DNA of 63,514 nt from Thermoplasmatota archaeon. Its GTDB lineage: Archaea > Thermoplasmatota > Penumbrarchaeia > Penumbrarchaeales > Penumbrarchaeaceae. The notes beneath the pieces were generated by a model. The model made no database searches and had not been told where the DNA came from. It worked only from the letters and a program-made list of their open reading frames with translations. Positions 1 through 10,537 of the stretch are shown one piece after another (positions within the stretch are counted from its first letter, which is position 1; each line of letters starts with the position of its first letter). A program made the translations under genes and the position numbers. The DNA is taken from NCBI GenBank assembly GCA_016928095.1, contig JAFGLL010000043.1, positions 1 to 63,514 of the forward strand, given 5' to 3'.

Positions 1-2052
1 AGTGCTAACGATGGCCGTTACGTCGAATGGTATGTCTGTCAGGAACTTTGATGTGATGCGGATGCCGAAATAGACCTCCGCGTCGTTATATCCCAGTATG
101 TTGAACTGCGACCTTTCGGGAATGATCTCGAGTCCACCGCCCAGGTTCTCGTAGATGAAGAATGTCTCGTTGACGGGGGAGTAAGCGATATCGTAGGAGA
201 GTCCGAGGAACTCGTCCTTCAGGTTGAACTGCAATTCGATCTCCTGTGCTTCCACCACGGTCCATGTATCGTTGAATTCGACCTTGAAGGTGTATACTCC
301 GTCCCCGATATAGCTGTTGGTCGGTTCGTATCTGTTGCCTCCTGCCTCCGGTGTGAGAATGTTGTGGTCCTTTCCGTCCCCGTCCAGGAGCTCGAGTGAT
401 TTGAGATGCATTTCCGGTGGAACGGTCAGAACAACATATGCCGCTCCGCAGTAGCTCAATCCAGTCTTGGAGTTCTGGTGGTAGAAAGCTCCGAAGAACA
501 GATCAGGATAGTCATCGCTGTTGAAGTCCCCGGATGAAAGGCATGGATAGTAATAGTATCCGAGGTAGTCGTAGTAATTTCCTTTGATAGTGAGATCCGC
601 GTCGCTGCTTCCCTTGGAGTCTCCCCAGTCCGATGACCCGTACCAGAGCCAGAGCCCGCCGTTGGGGCTGTTCACGTAATATGAGCCGCCATAGAGGTCC
701 CAGATCCCGTCGTTGTCGAAATCATCGACGTGGAGGTTGGTGGGTCCCGCGACAGTGGTGTAGTCAGGGTGGTCCATATATCTTATCCTGGTGTCCCATG
801 TCCCACCTCCAAAGCTATCCAAAGACCCATCGCCCCAGAATATGTAAGCAGTTCCTGAGCTTGATCCCTTGGATGCGACCAGATCACAATTCCCGTCACC
901 GTTCATGTCTTTGCCGAACACATAACATCCAAAGTTATCACTGCTAGTGTCAGAGTACAACCAGTGATGTTCAGGCAGATCGGGGTCATCCTCAGAAAGG
1001 TCCATTATGGTCATATCTTTTGGCCATCTGGACCTATCATGGTATGTTCCCTCAAGGATATGGACACCTCCACAATCATAATTGTATGAGGAAGGATCAG
1101 AGCTGTCGAACCAGGCTTCATACCTACCCCCCACAATGAGTTCGTCTGCCCCGTCGCCGTTCATATCACCGATGAAAGGTCTCTGGGTACCAAGACTTTC
1201 CCAGGCATCGAAATACATGGTGGTATCGACCTGTTTTCCGTAGACAGAGGTATCATATTCTCCCTTTGCCGCATCGTACACGGAGTTCCAGAGAGGTCTA
1301 CCCCACCATATGTATGTCATACCCCAGATGGCATAATTCGAGCTCATGTCCTCCTCAGTGTACTCGGGGGCATTGAAGACCACTTCATCAAAACCGTCCC
1401 CGTCGATATCACCGGACCCGCAGAAGTGGCCAAGGTATCCCGACTTGTATGTACCGGGATCTCCCTTGAAGATCACATCCGCGTTCGAGGCTTTCAGGGA
1501 TACTTTCTTGGGCCAGGTGGTCTTTCCGAAGAAGACGTACCCCTCCCCGGCATAGTTATTGGCCCCGTCTGCACCTATGAGAAGATCGTCGATACCGTCC
1601 CCGTTCACATCTCCCACGGCCAAGCTCATACCGAAGTAACCGTAGGTTGAAGTGCCAGCAATGGTGACGTTGGCATTGTTGGGATCGTTCCACGGGTGAA
1701 CGTTCTTTATACCGAAATAAATGTCAACTTCCCCATTGTCATTGCTGGTACCCTGGGCCCCGATGATGTAATCATCATGCCCGTCCCCGTCGAGGTCTCC
1801 GGTCGTCACGGAAGAGCCTAAGTAACTGTACTGTGTCGTTCCTTCGAACAACTGGTCGGCCTTGTCGCCGGAGTACAGGTCGATGGTACCTGTCAGTCTT
1901 GGGCCGGGTCCGGCTATTGGTCCGAAGACCCCATTCTCCTCTGCAGAGGTTGGTATGATGTTCATCATCGTGAATGCTGAAAGAAGAAGCATCCCGACCA
2001 TCACCAACGAAATCTTCTTTACGCTATATAATCCAAAATACTCCTGTCTCAC
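1..2052 (-). CDS. Secreted FG-GAP (integrin alpha-like) beta-propeller surface protein, 3' end beyond the window edge
   Basis: Absent from the ORF track because it runs off the edge. Manual translation from GTG at 2052 (GGGGTGA SD upstream) gives a signal peptide (KKISLVMVGMLLLSAF) and seven Dx[DN]xD motifs, e.g. YLGSSVTTGDLDGDGHDDYIIGA, YFGMSLAVGDVNGDGIDDLLIGA, SGDFNSDDYPDLFFGA; the same frame is open at base 1. Confidence 0.88.
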   Translation of the reverse strand, partial: MRQEYFGLYSVKKISLVMVGMLLLSAFTMMNIIPTSAEENGVFGPIAGPGPRLTGTIDLYSGDKADQLFEGTTQYSYLGSSVTTGDLDGDGHDDYIIGAQGTSNDNGEVDIYFGIKNVHPWNDPNNANVTIAGTSTYGYFGMSLAVGDVNGDGIDDLLIGADGANNYAGEGYVFFGKTTWPKKVSLKASNADVIFKGDPGTYKSGYLGHFCGSGDIDGDGFDEVVFNAPEYTEEDMSSNYAIWGMTYIWWGRPLWNSVYDAAKGEYDTSVYGKQVDTTMYFDAWESLGTQRPFIGDMNGDGADELIVGGRYEAWFDSSDPSSYNYDCGGVHILEGTYHDRSRWPKDMTIMDLSEDDPDLPEHHWLYSDTSSDNFGCYVFGKDMNGDGNCDLVASKGSSSGTAYIFWGDGSLDSFGGGTWDTRIRYMDHPDYTTVAGPTNLHVDDFDNDGIWDLYGGSYYVNSPNGGLWLWYGSSDWGDSKGSSDADLTIKGNYYDYLGYYYYPCLSSGDFNSDDYPDLFFGAFYHQNSKTGLSYCGAAYVVLTVPPEMHLKSLELLDGDGKDHNILTPEAGGNRYEPTNSYIGDGVYTFKVEFNDTWTVVEAQEIELQFNLKDEFLGLSYDIAYSPVNETFFIYENLGGGLEIIPERSQFNILGYNDAEVYFGIRITSKFLTDIPFDVTAIVST

Positions 2053-2274
2053 GGTATCACCCCACTCAAGTTCAAAGGACCTGCATTGCCGAGCCTTACG
2101 ATCTTGCGGTAGAGCACCAGGAAATTACGTATATATTGGTATTTGTTGGAAATTCCCATGTTATTTAAAGAAATCTGACCCTGAACGGAACCTGGTCGAA
2201 AAGCCAGGAAAGGTTATGGATTATCCTTTCATCCGATGTAAATATAGATAACATGAGATATTTTCGATCATATG

Positions 2275-2288
2275 GGTCCATATGGACC
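2275..2288. promoter_or_regulatory. 14-bp perfect palindrome GGTCCATATGGACC, candidate operator
   Basis: Perfect inverted repeat in the divergent intergenic region, about 30 nt downstream of TATA-like TAAATATA (~2239-2246). Confidence 0.35.
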
Positions 2289-2352
2289 GGAAACATTTTT
2301 GTAGGGATCAGCGTTTGGACCGGACATAGGGATATGTGATATTGAAACAAAG

Positions 2353-3306
2353 GTGTGTGGACCCTTGGGGAAAACAGAAGTAAGCATAGTGATACCGGTC
2401 TATAACGAAGAGGATAATATCAAAGCCCTTCACCTGAGGGTATCAAAGGAGATCTCCAGGCTGACCTCTCGTTACGAGGTGCTGTACATCGATGATGGCA
2501 GCAGGGATGGGACCTTGAAAAAGCTCCTGAATATAGCTGACAGTGATCCCCGGGTGACGATTGTAACATTCTACCGTAATTTCGGAAAGGCGAACGCCCT
2601 TTATACCGGTTTTCAGCACGCCGGGGGCGACATCGTGATCACCATGGATGGAGATCTTCAGGATGACCCTTCCGAGTTCAAGCACTTCCTCGATAGATTG
2701 GATGAAGGTTATGATCTTGTCACCGGATGGAAGTACCAGAGAAAGGACCCCCTTGGAAAGAAGATACCATCGAAGCTTTTCAATTTTCTGGTAAGGAAGA
2801 TGACGGGGGTCAACGTCCATGACTCGAACTGCGGCTTCAAGGCATACCGTAGGGAGGTTGTTCAGAAAATAGATGTTTATGGTGAATTCCACCGCTACCT
2901 CCCGATGATGGCCAGCTGGAGAGGGTTCAGGGTCGGCGAGATCAAGGTCAAGCACCATAAAAGGACCCACGGCCGGTCCAAGTATGGCTGGGAGAGGCTC
3001 TTCAAGGGTTTCATGGACCTGTTCTCCGTATCATTCCTGATGAAGTACGGGAGGTCCCCTCTCTATCTGTTCGGCACTCTTTCCGGGTTCTTCCTTGCCC
3101 TGGCGGTGGCCGGGACCGTATGGACTGTGGTCGATGCGCTCATGGACATCACATCGATGGAATGGGTGTTCGGTCTGGTTAGCCTGATGTTGCTATTCTT
3201 CTCTCTGACCATGTTCTCTTTCGGTCTGCTATCGGAGATGATGCTTCAGACGGTCGGCCACCAGAACATGACGAAGAACCATTACAGGGTGATAAAGGCC
3301 AAATGA
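2353..3306 (+). CDS. Glycosyltransferase family 2 (polyprenol-phosphate glycosyltransferase, DPM1/ArnC/GtrB-like)
   Basis: SIVIPVYNEE, IDDGSRDGT, RNFGK, MDGDLQDDP, DSNCGFKAYR motifs; two C-terminal TM helices. Confidence 0.92.
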   Translation: MCGPLGKTEVSIVIPVYNEEDNIKALHLRVSKEISRLTSRYEVLYIDDGSRDGTLKKLLNIADSDPRVTIVTFYRNFGKANALYTGFQHAGGDIVITMDGDLQDDPSEFKHFLDRLDEGYDLVTGWKYQRKDPLGKKIPSKLFNFLVRKMTGVNVHDSNCGFKAYRREVVQKIDVYGEFHRYLPMMASWRGFRVGEIKVKHHKRTHGRSKYGWERLFKGFMDLFSVSFLMKYGRSPLYLFGTLSGFFLALAVAGTVWTVVDALMDITSMEWVFGLVSLMLLFFSLTMFSFGLLSEMMLQTVGHQNMTKNHYRVIKAK

Positions 3307-3315
3307 TACACCTCC

Positions 3316-3819
3316 TCAATGATCTGAAAAGGGGTATGGTATAGGTAGAGGCACATCACACTTCAATGGTCCTGAGACCCTCTGTGTGTACTCCAATCCT
3401 GTCAACACTTCATGCTCCAGTACATCGAAGACCAGGATGACCGTCACGTTCTCTCCGGGGTCGATCTTGCCGAAACTATATTCCTCGCTGTTGAAGACCC
3501 ATATCCTATCTCCACTATCGGTGGTCCCGTAAAAATGCGGTATGGAGACCTGGAAGGCTGCATCATCGTTGAGGTTCGTGATATTGACGCTTAGTACCTG
3601 CCATTTTTTTCCATCTACCGGGTACTGACCTTCAATGGGGCCATAAGTGGACCACGATGACTGGACATCGATCGAGATGTCCGGTTCCACCAGCTCATCG
3701 ACCTCCTTATAGTTCGAGGCTATCCCCACGACCGTGAGGAGGGTAACTATCGTAAGAAGGGCCGCGATCTCCTTGTATCCTATCCCGATCGTCACATAGG
3801 TGGAGAATTCTGAAACCAT
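3316..3819 (-). CDS. Membrane-anchored Ig-like protein (DUF4352-like)
   Basis: N-terminal TM helix then beta-rich domain (WQVLSVNITNLN...IDPGENVTVILVFDV); start trimmed to avoid overlap with the divergent gene. Confidence 0.65.
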   Translation of the reverse strand: MVSEFSTYVTIGIGYKEIAALLTIVTLLTVVGIASNYKEVDELVEPDISIDVQSSWSTYGPIEGQYPVDGKKWQVLSVNITNLNDDAAFQVSIPHFYGTTDSGDRIWVFNSEEYSFGKIDPGENVTVILVFDVLEHEVLTGLEYTQRVSGPLKCDVPLPIPYPFSDH

Positions 3820-3900
3820 AAGGCTTTTTGGATGGACCCTGCATTTTTTGGACCTTATTATCACAGCAATTAGTTTAATTGGTAGTGCAATCCCCATACG

Positions 3901-5433
3901 ATGGAAACCGTTCCGATCGCGAGTGGGGAGAAATATCATGAAAAATGGCGCGGTGTGTGGCCTTATGTCCCATTGATCGTTCTTGCCTTTTTGTATGTTG
4001 TCTTCCTTGTCCTTTCGGCCGTATCCGGGTCCGACTGGAGTAACTTCAAGGTACATCTCATGATATGGTTCCTTTCGTTCCTGGGGTTGTTCTATCTCCT
4101 GTTACGCTCCCCCCTTATCCGGAGGCTCGAAGCCATTAACCCTGCATGGATGGCGGTCCTCATCTTCTTGTTGACGCTGTTGTTACATCTTCCATTCCTG
4201 TTGAGCGAACCTTCCATGTCCCAGGACATCCTAAGACTTGGAAGAAGGGGGGAGCTTCTCATGGACGGGAATTTCCCGTACCGTGATTTCGATGTCAACA
4301 AACCCCCTCTATATATCTGGATGGTAGGTCTGCTCTCACTGCCCTTCGGGGCCGAACAGATAGTGTTCAGGACCGCTTTCTCCATAGCGAACGCCCTGAT
4401 ACCAACAGTTATGTTCCTGATACACAGGGGATCCGTCATTTACGATCATGGCGTCAAGAAGGGTCCTTTCGGGATATCGGTCCCGAACATCAATTGGATG
4501 GCTGCGGCACTGGGGTATTCCCTTTGCCCGATCACATTGATAGAGACCGGGGTAGGTGGACATTTCGATCCGGTGGTCGTACTCACTTCTGTTCTGGCTT
4601 TCCTGTTCCTTATCAGGAAGAGACCCACTATCAGCGCTCTTTTCCTCGGGATGGGGTTCGCATTGAAACTCTATCCGGCGTTCCTTGCCCCAATATTCTT
4701 CCTCTCCATACCTGGATGGAAGGATCGAACCAAGTTCGTTGGAGCTTTCTTCGTCATCCCTGTTCTGGCCTCGCTTCCGGTGCTCTTCGTGGACCCTGCC
4801 CTTATAGGTGAATATCTCCGCTATCAGTTCGTGAACTGGTATTCTGGCTTTTCCATCAGGTATCTGCTCGAGATCATAACCTCCTCCGTCTCACTATCGG
4901 GAAAAGCCGCTTATTATGTGATGACAGCTGTCCTCCTTCTCGGGACGGTCTATCTGCTTCTTAGAGGTCTTGCGGGAAGGATCAAACGCATCGATACAAG
5001 TGTTCCTTTCACCCTTCTTCTGCTCCTCTCTTTCATGGGTGTGGCCCTATCCTCTGCTTTCTTCTTCCGTGGAGCCAGGACCGCTATGGATCTCGTATCG
5101 GCTGTCGTATCAGGTCTCTACTCGATCCTGCTGATCGGCGCTGGCGTTTACCTATTCCTTCATTGGAGACCGATCGGCAAGCCCGAATTTCAAGGCCTAT
5201 ACCCTCGATCCATCTTTATCAGGCAAATAGGGATGGAATGGGTCCCGCTCCTGTCCTCGTGCATCCTGCTTCTGGTGGTACTCACCTCGGCCCAGTTTCA
5301 CCCCTGGTATATTGCCTGGATCCTACCCTTCTCCATGGCATCAGGGAATACATACTGGAGCTGGTCGACGCTCCTTCTGCTGTCTTCCCTTCAATACAAT
5401 TACTATCCTCCCTGGGAGATAGGCCTCTTCTAG
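3901..5433 (+). CDS. GT-C membrane glycosyltransferase (GT87/DUF2029-like)
   Basis: Multi-TM protein; SQDI...G.FPY.D...KPPL, GHFD, KLYP and QFHPWY motifs typical of GT87-like enzymes. Confidence 0.8.
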   Translation: METVPIASGEKYHEKWRGVWPYVPLIVLAFLYVVFLVLSAVSGSDWSNFKVHLMIWFLSFLGLFYLLLRSPLIRRLEAINPAWMAVLIFLLTLLLHLPFLLSEPSMSQDILRLGRRGELLMDGNFPYRDFDVNKPPLYIWMVGLLSLPFGAEQIVFRTAFSIANALIPTVMFLIHRGSVIYDHGVKKGPFGISVPNINWMAAALGYSLCPITLIETGVGGHFDPVVVLTSVLAFLFLIRKRPTISALFLGMGFALKLYPAFLAPIFFLSIPGWKDRTKFVGAFFVIPVLASLPVLFVDPALIGEYLRYQFVNWYSGFSIRYLLEIITSSVSLSGKAAYYVMTAVLLLGTVYLLLRGLAGRIKRIDTSVPFTLLLLLSFMGVALSSAFFFRGARTAMDLVSAVVSGLYSILLIGAGVYLFLHWRPIGKPEFQGLYPRSIFIRQIGMEWVPLLSSCILLLVVLTSAQFHPWYIAWILPFSMASGNTYWSWSTLLLLSSLQYNYYPPWEIGLF

Positions 5434-5473
5434 TTGGTAATGATACAGTACCAGTTTGTTATAGAAGGAATAT

Positions 5474-7063
5474 TCACGGTCCTTCTCTCAGGTAGATATT
5501 GAAAGAGTCGAATCCAATGGGGATCTCCCCTTCCGTGGAGGAGGAACTCCCCGCTCTGGTGTAGGCCTTGTGGAACTCATAACTATCCTTGATGAACTCA
5601 ATGTACTGTTCGAAATTGGACAGTTCATATGTTATGATAACAAGTGAGACATCGTTCTTGACGGTGATGTTGATCAGTTCTTCATCGGTAAGCATGGGAT
5701 ATCTGACCATGGCGAGGTTGGTGGCCCTGGGGGGTTGGAGCCTCCCGGCATAGACACCTATGATAGGATCGCCCGAGATTATCAGGTCATCCTCATCGGT
5801 CAGGAACTCGACCTCCCTGGCAATATCCCGTTCTATGACCCTGTCGGTGGTGAAGACCATTACGGTCTCGAACCCGAGCGATACGGTCAGGTAGAGAACA
5901 CCAGCGAGAACCAGCATCTTTGACAATTGGACCTTCCCATATCTTTGGGGGTGGGATACACTGATCTTATCTGCATCTTCACAGTTGGATATTGTTTCCA
6001 TCAAACTGACAAATCCCCTGCCGCCAAGATAGCAGATCGGTGGAAGAAGTAATATCAGATAATGCTCCCAGACCGTGGATTGGAATATAATGAAGATGAA
6101 GAGGGGGATGGCCCAGACAAGCATCAGCTGGGTGTTGCGGTCCCTCCATTCGCGAGGGACCGAAACAAATGAAAGAACGATGGGGACCAGGGTGAATAGA
6201 ATGAAAAGTGAGATGGTCCGGACCTTTTCCATGATGGGCATCGAGGGTCTGCTGAGATTGTCGAGCAGCATTCCGTCAAGGGTGCTGGAGAACCCGTAGA
6301 TGGACATCAGGAGGATTGTCGGTACCAATGTCGACACTGCCAGAAGTGCTATGTGCCAGGGTTCGACCCCGTTCCTCTCATCCTTCTTCCGGTCCTTAAT
6401 ATTGAGGATAAGCATGTAAGACCCGAGAGAGAGGATCGGTATGACAGCGAAGAGCTTGGACATGACGGAAAAGGAGAAGAGCACTCCGCAGATTACAAGA
6501 AGTGCCGCGGTCCTAGACGAGTGCTGGGGGGTGTAGTGCTTCCCATCCCTACCTTTTTCTATTTCGGTGGTATCGAAATACCGTTGAAGTGCATAGAGAC
6601 CGAAGATCAACATTACAGTGGCATAAAGGTCGAAACTGACCCGTCGGCTTTCCTTGAAATAGACATAGTTCAATGCAAGGAACAGGGAGGATGCCATGGC
6701 CAGTCTTCTGGGGCCTGACCTACCCGAGATCAGCATCATCCCGATGACCCCTGCCAGCGATAATATCACCGTCATAGACCTGGCCAGAAGAGGGTCGCCA
6801 TTCAGGATTTCGATAATGAAGGAGAATAGAGGTCCTTGTTGCGTGTTGATATCAGAGTACATTCTGTAACCTTCATTGACCAGCCTCCCGGTCATGAGGA
6901 ACACTCCCTCATCCGTCCCGTTGTTCCCAAGCGATCCGGAATACCCCGGGAAGCTGAAAGGGTTCATGAGGTTGCTGAACCTGAGGATCCCCGATAGTAC
7001 CAGGACCGCTATATAGGGAAAAGCGCTCTGGATGGTCCCTGCCCAGTACTCCTTGTTCATCAA
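5474..7063 (-). CDS. GT-C membrane glycosyltransferase (ArnT/PMT-like)
   Basis: TDEG in the first loop, YSD...QGPL, SKL, WEHY..LLLPP; many TM helices and a soluble C-terminal domain. Confidence 0.8.
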   Translation of the reverse strand: MMNKEYWAGTIQSAFPYIAVLVLSGILRFSNLMNPFSFPGYSGSLGNNGTDEGVFLMTGRLVNEGYRMYSDINTQQGPLFSFIIEILNGDPLLARSMTVILSLAGVIGMMLISGRSGPRRLAMASSLFLALNYVYFKESRRVSFDLYATVMLIFGLYALQRYFDTTEIEKGRDGKHYTPQHSSRTAALLVICGVLFSFSVMSKLFAVIPILSLGSYMLILNIKDRKKDERNGVEPWHIALLAVSTLVPTILLMSIYGFSSTLDGMLLDNLSRPSMPIMEKVRTISLFILFTLVPIVLSFVSVPREWRDRNTQLMLVWAIPLFIFIIFQSTVWEHYLILLLPPICYLGGRGFVSLMETISNCEDADKISVSHPQRYGKVQLSKMLVLAGVLYLTVSLGFETVMVFTTDRVIERDIAREVEFLTDEDDLIISGDPIIGVYAGRLQPPRATNLAMVRYPMLTDEELINITVKNDVSLVIITYELSNFEQYIEFIKDSYEFHKAYTRAGSSSSTEGEIPIGFDSFNIYLREGP

Positions 7064-7135
7064 TTCTTGACATTATTGTCCCCATATAGACCTTTCCAAG
7101 ATATAACGATGAAAATAACCTTCAAAAAGGTTTCC

Positions 7136-9457
7136 TCAGGGGTATCTATCATAAATGAGGCTGACCTTATGATCCCCTTCGTTGAGGTAAACACCGGTCA
7201 GTCCATGGTAGACCCTATCAACGTTGTCTCTATCTCCGTCCACGATGACATCCCAGGACCCGTAGTAGCTCTGGCTGATCACCAGGAAACCGGTTTCTTG
7301 GAGCCTCGCTTCGATGTCGATCCGGTTGTTCGTCCTTTGAATGATCCGGGGTTCGATATCGATCACAGAAGGAGTTCCTTTCTGTCCCCGGACCATGGGG
7401 TTACAATTTATCAGGACCCCGTCAAGGGGATCGAACCCGTCCCGGGCCATCATCTTCAAGATCGTTTCGTCATCCGCAACGGTGAAGTTCGAGACAATGA
7501 ACGCTCGCGGGCATGCATTGGGGTTCTCGTAGATGAGGACGGGATCCTCCCCTGTCTGATTGAATACAAGCTTGAACCCGGTATCACTCAACTTGTCCCT
7601 CGATACTACGTATCTGACACCGAGAAGGTCAAGGACTGGATGGTCCGCGCTCCCCTCGAGTTCCCGGATGGAACTGACCAGCTCGGAATAATACCTGAGC
7701 CTGAGCGGATTATAACCATCCACGGTCTCGATACCGTATATTATCTGATAATTGTCCCCGATGATATCATCTGGATCATGTACCCGGTATCCGTCGCAGT
7801 TCTCCTGCAGGAAGGAGATGAAGGGTTGGATCTCATAGATCTCGTCTTGGTCTTTCGAGTCGATGAAAGGCATGTGGTATATTGCCAGGTTGATGAAGAT
7901 GAACAGCGTGAGGACCGTCCCGAAATACCTCGGCATCTCCTTTCTCTTGGACCTCCATATCAGGACCCCGGTCGTTAATGTCAAAAGAAGTATAAAGACC
8001 AGTATATCGATGACCGCAGTATCGAAGGCCGAGCCGATGAGTGATGTATATTCCGATGCATTGTCCCCCTCGCCGAACACCTTCATTATGACTTCCTCCG
8101 CAAGGTCGGCGATCGGGACTTCAAGAATAAGCATGAGAAAGACCACGACCAAGATTGATGCCGAGGCGATCAATAGAGAGCGTTCGATCTTCAGTATCCT
8201 TCTCAGGTCCGAATACTTCAACCTGCTCCTGAGGTGCCTGAAACCGAAACCAGCCAGTATAGAACAGGAGAAGAGGGATAGGAGAACAAATCGGGACGGC
8301 GCCCTGAGGATATCAAAACCCGGGACCAGCCTCCAGAATACCCAGTATAAGGGAGTGAACCTTCCCATTGCCATTATCAGGGAAAAGATACCTAGACCTA
8401 GGAAGAACCTGAAGTAACGTTCCTTCCGGTATCTGAACGAGAAGAGGAGAAGTACCAGGGTAGGTATGCCGACGTATATGGAAAGCTCCCAGTAGTTCCA
8501 TAGACTCCAGCAGTTATCTTCCAGAGGGGTTCCGAAAAGCCTCGGGGCAAGGAGTGTTATCAGGTTCCAGGGCGGCAGTGAGTAATCTGTCACCCACAGG
8601 TAGCTCATTCCGCCGCTCCTAGTCGATCCCTGGGTCAGGATGTAGGAGGGAACGATCTGCAAGGATGAGGTGAAAATGGCGATCATCGCTCCTGTAAGAG
8701 GTCCGGGAAGTGTTCTCATGAGGTTCTTTAACTTCCGCATGGACCTGCGATGCCAGCGGATATGGTAGATATAAGATATTATCAGCATGATCGCCGAGAA
8801 AAGGACGATCTGTATATGACCCGCCAGGAACTGGTTCCCCACCAGAAGTCCTGTGATCACCCCCCACTTCAAGCTGTTCCTTTTCAAAGCATGATCGAAG
8901 GTCAGGTATATCATCGGTATCCAGCTTGCAGAGCATACCTGGCCGTAGTGTCCGGAATATACATGCCCCATGAAATATCCGCTGAAGATGAATACCATAG
9001 ATGAGATGAACGAAGCATTCCGGTCCAGTCCGACCCTTCGTGCAACCAGATATACGGATAAGCCCGCAATGAACAGATGGAGCATGAAACTCAGACCGAA
9101 AGCAGAATGGACAGGAAAGACCATGAAAAGGACAAGATTGATGGGATAGAAGAACCCAAGCTGCATGTTTGCAAGGAGCGGCTCACCACCGAAGTTGAAC
9201 GGGTTCCAGAAGGGCAGCTCCCCATCCCTCATCGATCTATCCGCGACGAGCCTCCATGGATAGAACTGATCGATGGTGTCCGAATGGGGGGAATATATCA
9301 TATGGTCGGGTTCCAGCAGGATCCTCCAGAAGAAGATGGTAACCGTAATAAATATCAATAAAATGAAGAAAGGGTCGCTATTCAGAAAGCGCCGCAAACG
9401 GTTCTTTCGGTCCATCATCTCCAGAAGGTCCGCCGATGAGCCAGTATCTCCCATCAT
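7136..9457 (-). CDS. YfhO-family GT-C membrane protein
   Basis: D..DQFYPW, GELPFWNPFNFGGEPLLANMQ.G.FYP, LRAPSRF, GYNPL, LGVRY and C-terminal SQSYYGSW...VDG motifs. Confidence 0.85.
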   Translation of the reverse strand: MMGDTGSSADLLEMMDRKNRLRRFLNSDPFFILLIFITVTIFFWRILLEPDHMIYSPHSDTIDQFYPWRLVADRSMRDGELPFWNPFNFGGEPLLANMQLGFFYPINLVLFMVFPVHSAFGLSFMLHLFIAGLSVYLVARRVGLDRNASFISSMVFIFSGYFMGHVYSGHYGQVCSASWIPMIYLTFDHALKRNSLKWGVITGLLVGNQFLAGHIQIVLFSAIMLIISYIYHIRWHRRSMRKLKNLMRTLPGPLTGAMIAIFTSSLQIVPSYILTQGSTRSGGMSYLWVTDYSLPPWNLITLLAPRLFGTPLEDNCWSLWNYWELSIYVGIPTLVLLLFSFRYRKERYFRFFLGLGIFSLIMAMGRFTPLYWVFWRLVPGFDILRAPSRFVLLSLFSCSILAGFGFRHLRSRLKYSDLRRILKIERSLLIASASILVVVFLMLILEVPIADLAEEVIMKVFGEGDNASEYTSLIGSAFDTAVIDILVFILLLTLTTGVLIWRSKRKEMPRYFGTVLTLFIFINLAIYHMPFIDSKDQDEIYEIQPFISFLQENCDGYRVHDPDDIIGDNYQIIYGIETVDGYNPLRLRYYSELVSSIRELEGSADHPVLDLLGVRYVVSRDKLSDTGFKLVFNQTGEDPVLIYENPNACPRAFIVSNFTVADDETILKMMARDGFDPLDGVLINCNPMVRGQKGTPSVIDIEPRIIQRTNNRIDIEARLQETGFLVISQSYYGSWDVIVDGDRDNVDRVYHGLTGVYLNEGDHKVSLIYDRYP

Positions 9458-9496
9458 GATGAACCACTATCTCGGATATAGGTTCTAACATCTATA

Positions 9497-10519
9497 TCAT
9501 TGATTGCCCGCCTTTTTCGATCTGGTCCTCAGATATGCAAGGGAGATCAACCCTAGAGGTATGGATATCCAGAGGGAGGTCGCGACCTGAAGGAGCGAGG
9601 CTGCCATAGCGGTGGTCTCCTTCACGGAGAGAAGTTCGAGTATGGATTTGCTACCGAACACGTTGCCAGCTCCGATCGGCAGGATGAACCCGAGGATGTT
9701 GGCAACGGAGATGGCAGCGACAGCCCCCATGAAGGTCACCTGAACATTACCTGGAAGTGCCATGACGACCAGGTAGAACCTCAAGGCTTCATTGATCCAT
9801 ATGGCAATGGTCAGAATGATGGTCCCTGTACCGCACCATGGGTTCCTCACGATCGTCCTAAGAGAGCTATGGTAACGGTCGATCGCACCTTGAAGTCTGA
9901 TCGCTATCCTGTAAGGTTTTGAACCCCTTTTTCCGTGTGACAGTGTCAGAGCTGTCCTTTCCATTTTACTGTTGACAAGCTCAAGGAACCTTCGGTTCAC
10001 CAGAAGGAGGATCACAAGGACGATGATCGATCCTCCCATGCATATAGCGATGACCATCCATTTCACATCCTCGAAACCGAGTTCGTTCACGAGGTAGATG
10101 AGGCCTAAAAGGGCAAGGAAGAGGATCGTCAGTATGTCCATGGATTTCTCGGCGAAAATGGTCGCTATACCTTTTGAGATCCCGTTCCCTGTATGCTCTT
10201 TGAGCATGATCGCCCTGACGGGCTCTCCACCCACTTTACCGGGGGTGGAGTTGTTCAGAGCTAGTGAGGCAAGGAATATGGGAAGCGTTATCGCACCTGT
10301 GTTCCTGGCCCCCATGCCCTTCAGGAGACCGTGCCATCTCATGACCTTGCAAAAAATGTTGAAGAAATATAATAAAAGGACAAGGGCTATCAGGTCAATC
10401 CTGGTTCCCTTGAGGATATCGAGGGTATCCGTTACATCAGCTCTCAGAAGTAGAACGGATATCAGGAAAAGGCCGAGTCCGATGTATAGTATGTCCTTCC
10501 ATTTCCTTCCGATATCCAA
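9497..10519 (-). CDS. Lysylphosphatidylglycerol synthase TM-domain (UPF0104) protein, putative flippase
   Basis: RW..LL, NNSTPGKVGGEPVR, EK..D and LPIGAG motifs; about 8 TM helices. Confidence 0.85.
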   Translation of the reverse strand: MDIGRKWKDILYIGLGLFLISVLLLRADVTDTLDILKGTRIDLIALVLLLYFFNIFCKVMRWHGLLKGMGARNTGAITLPIFLASLALNNSTPGKVGGEPVRAIMLKEHTGNGISKGIATIFAEKSMDILTILFLALLGLIYLVNELGFEDVKWMVIAICMGGSIIVLVILLLVNRRFLELVNSKMERTALTLSHGKRGSKPYRIAIRLQGAIDRYHSSLRTIVRNPWCGTGTIILTIAIWINEALRFYLVVMALPGNVQVTFMGAVAAISVANILGFILPIGAGNVFGSKSILELLSVKETTAMAASLLQVATSLWISIPLGLISLAYLRTRSKKAGNQ

Positions 10520-10537
10520 GCGATGCCCCCGGATCTA

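Noticed and set aside
2165-2350. 61-aa ORF in the divergent intergenic region
   Set aside because: No motif or clear SD, and it overlaps promoter-like elements.
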